Positions 9,356 through 15,943 of a stretch of 55,621 nt of DNA are shown here, in pieces. Source of the stretch: a virus (lineage: Duplodnaviria; Caudoviricetes). The stretch is from positions 1 through 55,621 of the IMG/VR virus record IMGVR_UViG_3300033153_013781; one strand, 5' to 3'. Under the pieces are notes generated by a model, which saw only the letters and a program-made list of their open reading frames with translations, was not told where the DNA came from and did no database searches. The translations under genes and the position numbers were made by a program. Within the stretch, counting starts at the first letter, position 1. Each line of letters starts with the position of its first letter.

Positions 9356-9428
9356 TACCCTGGACGAGACTCGAACTCGCATTCTCCACCTTGAAGAGTG
9401 GCGACTTAACCAATTTGTCCACCAGGGC
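9356..9428 (-). tRNA. Glu-like tRNA with a 6-nt anticodon loop
   Basis: GCCCTGG..CCAGGGT A; CCACT-CTTCAA-GGTGG. Confidence 0.7.
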
Positions 9429-9433
9429 AAAAC

Positions 9434-9505
9434 TACCCCATGCGAGTATCGATCTCGCTTCTTCTGCCTGAAAAACAGAAATCATAGCCAGTAGACCAAT
9501 GGGGC
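9434..9505 (-). tRNA. tRNA-Glu(TTC)
   Basis: GCCCCAT..ATGGGGT A; TCTGT-TTTTCAG-GCAGA; atypical T loop ATCGATA. Confidence 0.75.
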
Positions 9506-9511
9506 TTAAAT

Positions 9512-9730
9512 AAACATCGCGAAAGTTCTTGTTGCAAGGAATAAACGTAGAGCTCTATCCAATTGAGCTACAGCGGCGTAGTGCCACCGTGGGTATCCGA
9601 CTCTCCGAATATTTATGGATATGCCGTATTCCTGGTGGCGAAATAGAAAAGCCGCTGACAGGACTCGAACCTGTAACCTCTGGTTTAAAAGACCAATTGT
9701 TTGTATGCACCAAATGTAGGTCGCGATGTC
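9512..9730 (-). ncRNA. circularly permuted tRNA-Lys(TTT)-like / YrlA-like RNA
   Basis: 3' half (9650-9694) precedes 5' half (9549-9577); ends pair ACATCGCGA/TCGCGATGT. Confidence 0.85.
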
Positions 9731-9733
9731 TAA

Positions 9734-9804
9734 AGCGTCCGACGAGAATCGAACTCGTATTTTAACGTTGGCAACGTTATGTAATACCACTATACCACGG
9801 ACGC
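9734..9804 (-). tRNA. tRNA-Gly(GCC)
   Basis: GCGTCCG..CGGACGC T; TAACG-TTGCCAA-CGTTA. Confidence 0.9.
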
Positions 9805-9810
9805 ATATAA

Positions 9811-9971
9811 AACATCGCAAAAGTTTTTAATGCTGAAATAAACTATGCGCTCTGCCAATTGAGCTATCTCCCGTGAAAACCGATTGTCGTAATCGGGAGA
9901 ACAGGATTCGAACCTATATCACATCCTCCGAATGGAATTGTTTGTATGCATTAACCATTGGTTGCGATGTC
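9811..9971 (-). ncRNA. second circularly permuted tRNA-like / YrlA-like RNA (Pro-type acceptor)
   Basis: 3' half (9893-9936) precedes 5' half (9846-9873); ends pair ACATCGCAA/TTGCGATGT. Confidence 0.85.
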
Positions 9972-10685
9972 TTAAATTATTTTATATTTTTTTGCCCATT
10001 TTCGAATAGTATTATCAGAAACTCCGTATTTCCGACCGATAGCACACCATGAAGAACTCTTTATCATCTTAGCCAAAGCTTGCTTTGATGGACGATCAAC
10101 TTTGCGAAAACGGCTGTTATCTATTCTAAAACATTTGTGACACATTCCAGTTTTTGCTTTACGGGATACTTCTCCATTACATTTTTTGCATTTGATCGGA
10201 GGTCTTTTATTTGCTCTTCCTGCGAATGTCGATTGTTGACTATTACAATTTGGACATAATAATCGTAAATTTTCTATTCTGTTGTCGTCTCTTGTTCCAT
10301 TTATATGGTCTAATACTAAAACTAACAATTTCCCTTTCCATATCGGTTTTTGACAACATGTTGAGCATATGTTCTTCAGAATGTTGTCATTTATAAGCCT
10401 TGTTTTTAAATGACCACGATCAAAGGTGGAATTTTTAACTAGCAATTGTTCGAGAGGCATTTTCTCTTTAGGAAATTTTCTACCTTTTACAGAAATTAAA
10501 ATATGAGAGAAATCAATTTTATCATCTGCGAGTCTCTTTTTTAAACTCCTAAATCGGCTTCCGCCATTCGAAGGACACAACCCTAGTTCAATAAGAATTT
10601 GGGAATATGTTTTGCTTCTTTTGACTGCTTCTTTCAAATGTTGTTTTGATATTGTCCATATTGGACTAGTTTTTATTTTATTCAT
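9972..10685 (-). CDS. HNH endonuclease with C-terminal HTH
   Basis: LDHINGTRDDNRIENLRLLCPNC; SWCAIGRKYGVSDNTIRKW. Confidence 0.9.
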   Translation of the reverse strand: MNKIKTSPIWTISKQHLKEAVKRSKTYSQILIELGLCPSNGGSRFRSLKKRLADDKIDFSHILISVKGRKFPKEKMPLEQLLVKNSTFDRGHLKTRLINDNILKNICSTCCQKPIWKGKLLVLVLDHINGTRDDNRIENLRLLCPNCNSQQSTFAGRANKRPPIKCKKCNGEVSRKAKTGMCHKCFRIDNSRFRKVDRPSKQALAKMIKSSSWCAIGRKYGVSDNTIRKWAKKYKII

Positions 10686-10767
10686 ATGTTCTCCAATAAT
10701 GATTATACATTACTTAGAGACCACACTGGTAACACTCCTTTTTTATTTTTTGGAGTTCTGCCACTAA

Positions 10768-10838
10768 AGCATCTAGCGGGATTTGCACCCGCGCCGTCAC
10801 TTTGGAAGAGTGAAATGCAACTACTACACTATAGACGC
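10768..10838 (-). tRNA. tRNA-Gly(TCC)
   Basis: GCGTCTA..TAGATGC T; TCACT-CTTCCAA-AGTGA. Confidence 0.85.
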
Positions 10839-10921
10839 ATAACGCACCCATTATACAATATCGCATAATGGGTGCGATTGTAGACATCCTAAATTAAACC
10901 CTATTCAATTTTTTATAACCG

Positions 10922-10997
10922 TTGTTTTGACCTTTTTGTTGACGTCAACAAAATGGTGTTAACCATTTTCCTGATGCCAGGAATATGGTCAAAACAA
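10922..10997. repeat. branched palindrome (two hairpins inside a terminal inverted repeat)
   Basis: TTGTTTTGACC..GGTCAAAACAA encloses TTTTGTTGACGTCAACAAAA and ACCATTTTCCTG..CAGGAATATGGT. Confidence 0.7.
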
Positions 10998-11040
10998 ATT
11001 AATGTCCACAGAGTCTTGCCGTAGCTCACTGCTTCTTCGG

Positions 11041-11238
11041 TTATCCTACTTTTGTTACTACCTTAACCACAGCTTTATAAATACCGTAGTAAGGACCTAA
11101 ATCTTTAGTTAATTGATCCAAATCTTCTTGTGCTTCTGATTTAGTCCAATGCATTTTCATGTTAATAGTTTTTTCAATGCCCGGAATTTTTTTATCTTTC
11201 CGATTGGTCATAATCAAAAAAACTTCTGTATCTTTCAT
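11041..11238 (-). CDS. hypothetical protein
   Basis: Start MKDTEVF with GGAG RBS after tRNA-His. Confidence 0.6.
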   Translation of the reverse strand: MKDTEVFLIMTNRKDKKIPGIEKTINMKMHWTKSEAQEDLDQLTKDLGPYYGIYKAVVKVVTKVG

Positions 11239-11249
11239 AATTACTCCAA

Positions 11250-11322
11250 TCCCGGCAGTGGGATTCGAACCCATCTCTTACTGTTCCACAGACAGTCGTG
11301 CTTCCATTTACACCTTACCGGG
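11250..11322 (-). tRNA. tRNA with His(GTG) anticodon
   Basis: CCCGGTA..TGCCGGG A; ACTGT-CTGTGGA-ACAGT. Confidence 0.85.
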
Positions 11323-11637
11323 TTTTCTTAGATGTCCCTCGTCCCTCGTTAACATCGCCCATAATTCTAATTCAAGTTCAATAGCATCTTGAATCGGTTG
11401 AGGTATTTTAAGTTCTCTATTTACAAACGTTTCCTTCATACGTCGCAGATTAAATTTCAGTGAATCTATCGGTGTCATTCCCGGTGAATTCCCAATCGTT
11501 CTCATAATATTTGCAATTCGTTCTATTCCTTCTTTCGTACAACAAATCTTCAAATAGAGCCATTCAGAATATTCCGGACTCGTAATACGACGAGGTCTTT
11601 TTGTTTTTGCAAATACTTTTTTAATTTCTTCAATCAT
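11308..11637 (-). CDS. hypothetical protein (stop inside tRNA-His)
   Basis: 109 aa ORF between tRNAs. Confidence 0.6.
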   Translation of the reverse strand: MIEEIKKVFAKTKRPRRITSPEYSEWLYLKICCTKEGIERIANIMRTIGNSPGMTPIDSLKFNLRRMKETFVNRELKIPQPIQDAIELELELWAMLTRDEGHLRKPGKV

Positions 11638-11639
11638 AA

Positions 11640-11714
11640 TCGTGACGGAGGGATTCGAACCCGTCTGCCTCTCGCTTATGAAACGAGCGCTCTAACCAAT
11701 TGAGCTACGTCACG
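11640..11714 (-). tRNA. tRNA(CAT), elongator Met or Ile2
   Basis: CGTGACG..CGTCACG A; CTCGT-TTCATAA-GCGAG; no initiator features. Confidence 0.85.
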
Positions 11715-11744
11715 TCAAACCGCTGAGCGTTACTCTTGTCGGAT

Positions 11745-11816
11745 TCCACCCTTATCCATAAGTTTGACCCGATACGGATTACACCAAGCAACTCGGGTCA
11801 ACGTTACTTGGAAGTG
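11745..11816 (-). ncRNA. candidate kissing-loop RNA element
   Basis: Two hairpins whose loops TTGACCCGA and TCGGGTCAA are complementary. Confidence 0.55.
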
Positions 11817-11827
11817 CTAACACTAAA

Positions 11828-11898
11828 AGCCTCCTGAGAGAATCGAACTCTCGTCCGCTGTTTACAAAACAGCAATTCTTCCATTGAACCAAGGAGGC
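11828..11898 (-). tRNA. tRNA-Thr(TGT)
   Basis: GCCTCCT..AGGAGGC T; GCTGT-TTTGTAA-ACAGC. Confidence 0.9.
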
Positions 11899-11942
11899 AC
11901 GATGGATACCCGAAAGTACCCAAAGCGATCCGGCAAACAAAA

Positions 11943-12020
11943 TGTAGTGAACGGGTGACGATCCCGCGTCTTCAGGGTCCGTCACCCTGATGATTTCTCC
12001 AAACCGTAATCTACCACCAC
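11943..12020 (-). tRNA. atypical tRNA (loop centre ACG, Arg?)
   Basis: GTGGTGG..TCACTAC A; 6-bp stem TCAGGG-TGACGGA-CCCTGA; T loop ATCGTCA. Confidence 0.6.
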
Positions 12021-12084
12021 AAATAGAGGTCCCGATTATTTCAACCCATTCAGCCGCTCGGGACCACACAGCTTCCGGAGTATC

Positions 12085-12109
12085 TGGAATCATAGAGAAT
12101 CGAACTCTA
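12085..12109 (-). pseudogene. tRNA 3' fragment
   Basis: TAGAG-TTCGATT-CTCTA-TGATTCC-A with no 5' half adjacent. Confidence 0.6.
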
Positions 12110-12110
12110 G

Positions 12111-12329
12111 TTAATTTTTCGTTGTCTCTTTGGTAACTTTATCAACCCAATGGCTACACCCATCATCTATTTTTACAAGAGGACGCTCCCAAGTCGAGTA
12201 AGTATTCTTCACTCGACCTTGATGTTCTACCGAAACAGGAGGATTTAGATAACACACATGTTTCCCTGCGCTCGTTGTTGTTTTCTCTTCTTCTATCTTC
12301 ATGTATTGACAATTTTCACATTTGTTCAT
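12111..12329 (-). CDS. small Cys-containing protein
   Basis: CENC..CYLNPP..RPLV..DGCSHW; AGGA RBS. Confidence 0.7.
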   Translation of the reverse strand: MNKCENCQYMKIEEEKTTTSAGKHVCYLNPPVSVEHQGRVKNTYSTWERPLVKIDDGCSHWVDKVTKETTKN

Positions 12330-12339
12330 AACAATTTCC

Positions 12340-12927
12340 TTATGTTAATTCCTTAATTTTGTTCCGTGGAGTTAAGACTTTGTAATCAAATATCCATACT
12401 CCATTCACTTTTTTCAGATGCCTAACAGCGTGACAACTGTAACAAACTACTTCTAAGTTAGACATTTTATTGTTTTTTCTATTACCATCTTTATGGTGAA
12501 CTACAAGTTTATATTTTTTCTTTTCGCAACATCCGACACATCCTTTTAAGAACTTTTTTTTGCATTTTTCTCGATATGAATATTCTCCATATCCGGTTCC
12601 ATAATGTGCGGGCTGTATTGCTTTGCAATCTCCTTCTAAACTTTGAGCAAAATCCTTACATTTTCTGCCACAAAAATAAACTCCATGTTTTGAATTTTTA
12701 AGTTTTGAAGGAGTTATTTGCTTGCTCTTTTTGCAAATCTCACATTTTACAATTACTTTGTTTTGTTTCGCTTTAGCAGCACATGCTGTGGTGCAGTATC
12801 TCTTTTTTCCGTATCCTGGATTCGGCTTAAGTCTACGAATAAATTCAATATTACAAATTCCACAATTTGCTTTTTCTCCTTTTCTTTTATGTCCGTCGTT
12901 CTCGCAAAAAAATACTATTTCATTCAT
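12340..12927 (-). CDS. HNH endonuclease with Zn fingers
   Basis: VHHKDGNRKNNKMSNLEVVCYSCH. Confidence 0.9.
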   Translation of the reverse strand: MNEIVFFCENDGHKRKGEKANCGICNIEFIRRLKPNPGYGKKRYCTTACAAKAKQNKVIVKCEICKKSKQITPSKLKNSKHGVYFCGRKCKDFAQSLEGDCKAIQPAHYGTGYGEYSYREKCKKKFLKGCVGCCEKKKYKLVVHHKDGNRKNNKMSNLEVVCYSCHAVRHLKKVNGVWIFDYKVLTPRNKIKELT

Positions 12928-13009
12928 AATGAATCCCCTAATAATCTATTAGAAGATTCGTTTAAATTTTGGAAGACTCCTCTTTTGCTCCAAAGATTTT
13001 ATATTCCAC

Positions 13010-13081
13010 TGGAAATATTCGGGTACGATCCGAAAATTTTGCCGTGCAAGGGCAATGTGATCCCAATTTCACCATATCCCC
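13010..13081 (-). tRNA. tRNA-Ala(TGC)
   Basis: GGGGATA..TATTTCC A; TTGCC-CTTGCAC-GGCAA. Confidence 0.8.
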
Positions 13082-13085
13082 TTAA

Positions 13086-13134
13086 CCCGCAGTTCGAGAC
13101 CGTCTTGACCTGACCTGCGGGGACATCAGTCTCG
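13086..13134 (-). ncRNA. candidate pseudoknot with HDV-like topology
   Basis: CGAGACT/GGTCTCG, CCCGCAG/CTGCGGG and GTC/GAC nested pairings. Confidence 0.5.
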
Positions 13135-13151
13135 GGACGGAAATTTGTTAT

Positions 13152-13349
13152 TCATTCTTCCTTTGAAAGCCGTGCAGCTCTTTCATTTTCTCGCATAATG
13201 GTTTCATACACTTCCTTGCGATGAACCGATATGTTTTTTGGAGCATTGATGCCGATACGAACTTTATCACCTCGTATATCGACTATCTTTATTTCGATAT
13301 TATCTCCAATCATAATTGTTTCTTCACGTTCTCTTGACAATACTAACAT
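13152..13349 (-). CDS. csrA: carbon storage regulator CsrA
   Basis: [34 protein letters not shown]. Confidence 0.97.
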   Translation of the reverse strand: MLVLSREREETIMIGDNIEIKIVDIRGDKVRIGINAPKNISVHRKEVYETIMRENERAARLSKEE

Positions 13350-13361
13350 TTTTGAATCCTT

Positions 13362-13565
13362 TCATTTTTCTGGCTCTTCCTTGAAAGCCTTGACTGCACT
13401 TTCGATCTTCTGAACGAAAGCGTTATGACATTTTGCACAAAGAAGACCTTTCCAGAGTCCTTTGTCCAGTATTAAATCACATTTCCAAACGAGTTCGAAA
13501 AAATTGATGAATCGCTTGGTTTTTGATGCTTTTAATGCTATGCCACATTTAGAACACTTGCTCAT
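13362..13565 (-). CDS. small Zn-binding hypothetical protein
   Basis: CSKC..CAKCH; GAAGG RBS. Confidence 0.65.
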   Translation of the reverse strand: MSKCSKCGIALKASKTKRFINFFELVWKCDLILDKGLWKGLLCAKCHNAFVQKIESAVKAFKEEPEK

Positions 13566-13581
13566 TGGTCTTGTCCTTCGA

Positions 13582-14301
13582 CTAAATTATTTCATACTGT
13601 CGTGCCCATTTTCGAACGGCGTTGTCAGAAACTCCAAATTTACGACCAATGGCACACCAAGATTCTTCATCTATCATTTTTTTAAGCTGTTCCTTTGACG
13701 GTCTTTTGCATTTTCTCTTACTAATACTACAGCATTCTGGAGAGCAGTATCTAACAGAATGATATTTAGGCAAAAAAGTTTTTTTACAGTGAATGCATTT
13801 TTTCTTAACAATCTTATTTTGTTTTTCGCATTTTTTCAATGTTAACTCGCGATCTTTTGCATATGGTTTGTCATGAACTTCTGCATGACAATTTTGACAA
13901 AGCAAATCGCATTTATCAACTTCTTTCTTTACCACTTTCCACGATCTACAATGTCCATATCTGGAGATTGTAAAATCTTTTTGTTTTGGATCTCTGTGAT
14001 GGAATGCATATGCCCCAGGAACAGGTTTGTCATAACCGCACAAAATGCATTTGCCACCTTTATAAGCAAAAAGTTTAAGTTTCTGTTTTCTTCTCCATTT
14101 TGTTACACTTATTACCCATCGTTTTCTTTTGCGTTTTAATTTTTCCTCATTAGTATTGTCATCATTCAAAGCGGAACGAGTATTGTGCTTATTGAATGGA
14201 GAACAATCTAAGCAAAATTTTCGCTTTTGAAGGTTCCTGATTTTTCCGTCAATTTCAATCTTGTTCTTAAAATCTTTACTGCATTTTTTGCATGTTGGCA
14301 T
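13582..14301 (-). CDS. HNH endonuclease with C-terminal HTH
   Basis: FHHRDP..CDLLCQNCHAEVH; SWCAIGRKFGVSDNAVRKW; start MPTCKK. Confidence 0.9.
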   Translation of the reverse strand: MPTCKKCSKDFKNKIEIDGKIRNLQKRKFCLDCSPFNKHNTRSALNDDNTNEEKLKRKRKRWVISVTKWRRKQKLKLFAYKGGKCILCGYDKPVPGAYAFHHRDPKQKDFTISRYGHCRSWKVVKKEVDKCDLLCQNCHAEVHDKPYAKDRELTLKKCEKQNKIVKKKCIHCKKTFLPKYHSVRYCSPECCSISKRKCKRPSKEQLKKMIDEESWCAIGRKFGVSDNAVRKWARQYEII

Positions 14302-14367
14302 ATGTATACCCCTTTCAGGGTTACATACGTCGAACTGTAGTCTAAAACCTTTAACAAAATTGTTAAC

Positions 14368-14455
14368 CTCCAAGGGCTGGATTCGAACCAGCGATGGGAC
14401 TTGCGTCACGCCTGATTAACAGTCAGGTGCCTGCTACCAACTCGGCTACCTTGGA
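14368..14455 (-). tRNA. tRNA-Asn(GTT) with long variable arm
   Basis: TCCAAGG..CCTTGGA G; CCTGA-CTGTTAA-TCAGG; 18-nt variable region with GAC-GCAA-GTC. Confidence 0.85.
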
Positions 14456-14470
14456 TTAAGGGATTAATCT

Positions 14471-14490
14471 CTATTTAATTTTCAAAGAAC
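14471..14490 (-). promoter_or_regulatory. boxA-like antitermination site
   Basis: GTTCTTTGAAAATTAAATAG; similar copies at 15847, 16408, 17149 (-) and 20931 (+). Confidence 0.6.
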
Positions 14491-14500
14491 TATCAATTTG

Positions 14501-14540
14501 ATGGAAGAATTCGAACCTCCACCAATTGAACTATCTCGGA
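14501..14540 (-). pseudogene. internally deleted tRNA remnant
   Basis: TCCGAGA-TA-GTTC-AATTGGT fused to GGAGG-TTCGAAT-TCTTC. Confidence 0.5.
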
Positions 14541-14562
14541 TCATATTTACTTTTCAAAAAAC

Positions 14563-14796
14563 TTAATAGCCTAAAAAGTTAGCTATTTTCTTTTTGGTTC
14601 GTTCTGCTTTTCTTAATATTTCTCGCAACTCCCAGTCTGGTACAATTTTTACATTTTTTATGTTGTGCCATTCTGTTGAACCGTCATATATTCGTTCAGT
14701 TAGAATCAGATGTTCTTGTTGTTCTGAATATTTTTTTGCAAGAAATAAATCAGATCCATCACCATTAACTCTACAAATCGATCCGATTTCTATCAT
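14563..14796 (-). CDS. hypothetical protein
   Basis: 77 aa ORF with AAGGA RBS. Confidence 0.65.
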   Translation of the reverse strand: MIEIGSICRVNGDGSDLFLAKKYSEQQEHLILTERIYDGSTEWHNIKNVKIVPDWELREILRKAERTKKKIANFLGY

Positions 14797-14815
14797 GATC
14801 TATCCTTAATAAAAA

Positions 14816-15099
14816 ATTCGTTACCGTCGCTATCACGGTCTACGGGCTCCGACGCGATTAAGCTTTAGCCCGCGTGCTTCCACTTCCTAACTTTCATATT
14901 CAGCATTGAGTCTTGTGAACTTGAGCCTGTCCAGACTTTCTTCTGGCTCACGGTTTTTTTAAAGCATAATCGCATGTTGCTCTTCTTAAGTTCTCGCCAC
15001 TATTTCGCAAATATTAATCGGTCATCTATCAATGATACATGACGTACTAATATTGCTTTTCCTGAATATATACTCGCTTCGGCATTACACTATAACGAA
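14816..15099 (-). ncRNA. 284-nt tRNA-framed structured RNA
   Basis: Acceptor TTCGTTA/TAACGAA; D stem GTGT/GCAC around a ~200-nt insert; 15/16-bp long-range pairing. Confidence 0.75.
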
Positions 15100-15101
15100 A
15101 A

Positions 15102-15176
15102 TCCGGGAGAGAGGACTCGAACCTCCAACCTCAGGCTTCCAGAGCCCGCCGTCTAGCCAATTGACATTACACCCGG
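15102..15176 (-). tRNA. tRNA-Pro(TGG)
   Basis: CCGGGTG..CTCCCGG A; CGGGC-TCTGGAA-GCCTG. Confidence 0.85.
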
Positions 15177-15179
15177 TTA

Positions 15180-15198
15180 TCGGAGTGACAGGATTTAA
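15180..15198 (-). pseudogene. tRNA-Pro 3' fragment
   Basis: AAATCCTGT-CACTCCG-A. Confidence 0.55.
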
Positions 15199-15242
15199 TA
15201 ATTATTAAAAGGAATCCATCACGATTTTTCCTAAAGTACTAT

Positions 15243-15854
15243 ATGCAAAAAATACAATGCTTTCAATGTAAGAATAATTTCATTCCCAATAAAGATCATA
15301 AATATGATCACAAAACAAGAGGAATGCGTCGTTCATTTTGCACTCAAAAGTGCTACAGAGCCGCTCAAGATAGTCGAACCATTATTTCTTGTGCTAATTG
15401 CGGAAACAAAAAATCAATTACTGCCTCAGATCGTCGTCAATCCAAAAGTGGTCGATCTTTCTGCAACAAATCTTGTGCCGCTACTTACAACAATAAGCTG
15501 AAAAGAAAAGTTCGCAGATCAAAATGCGAAATAGCTCTATTTCAAATGCTCACTGATGCATTCCCAAAAATTACCGTCCTTCCTAACAACAAAACTATGC
15601 TTGATGGCTATGAAGTTGATATTGCTGTCCCTTCAATAAAATTAGCTATTGAGTGGAATGGAATAGTCCACTTTAAGCCTATCTACGGACAAATGAAACT
15701 TAATAAGATTCAACAGCGAGATGCTGAGAAACAAAAAATTGCATCAAATAAAGGAATAAATCTTATCATTATTTCTGATCTTGTTTCTACTCAAACTCGT
15801 GTTAATGAAGCTTTTGTAGAAATTCAAAAAATCATTAAGCAACTTACTATTTAA
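15243..15854 (+). CDS. Zn-finger + PD-(D/E)XK (Vsr/DUF559-like) endonuclease
   Basis: YEVDIAVPSIKLAIEWNGIVH..RDAEK; N-terminal CxxC..FCxxxC repeats. Confidence 0.8.
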   Translation: MQKIQCFQCKNNFIPNKDHKYDHKTRGMRRSFCTQKCYRAAQDSRTIISCANCGNKKSITASDRRQSKSGRSFCNKSCAATYNNKLKRKVRRSKCEIALFQMLTDAFPKITVLPNNKTMLDGYEVDIAVPSIKLAIEWNGIVHFKPIYGQMKLNKIQQRDAEKQKIASNKGINLIIISDLVSTQTRVNEAFVEIQKIIKQLTI

Positions 15855-15868
15855 TTTTCAAATAACAC

Positions 15869-15943
15869 TCCGGGAGGAGAGATTTGAACTCTCAGTCTCA
15901 GCGTCCCAAACGCTGCGGATTAACCAGATTTTCCTATACTCCG
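15869..15943 (-). tRNA. chimeric tRNA-Pro(TGG) with mispaired acceptor stem
   Basis: CAGCG-TTTGGGA-CGCTG intact, but 5' CGGAGTA pairs poorly with 3' CTCCCGG. Confidence 0.65.

Noticed and set aside
9356-9428. Opal suppressor tRNA / TGA recoding
   Set aside because: The loop is 6 nt on a Glu body, and well-defined genes (csrA, sigma) end at TGA at normal length, so the standard code fits
9506-9820. ORFs 9506..9820(-), 9529..9765(+), 9283..9471(+)
   Set aside because: Shadows of tRNA and ncRNA genes
9512-9971. Canonical BHB-spliced permuted tRNAs
   Set aside because: Helices flanking the bulges do not pair, and the predicted product keeps extra bases in the anticodon stem; kept only as an alternative
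11779-12093. 104-aa ORF
   Set aside because: Runs across two tRNAs and structured spacers; no RBS or recognisable domain
12028-13134. Hammerhead ribozymes (CTGA..GAAA)
   Set aside because: Cores deviate (CTGAATG, CTGATGT) and three stems cannot be drawn
13582-14409. Long start for the HNH ORF
   Set aside because: Extension lies in tRNA-Asn; the ATG at 14301 has an RBS
14816-15099. tmRNA or group I intron identity
   Set aside because: No GGGG..G3:U70 alanine acceptor, canonical T loop or P7 core motifs
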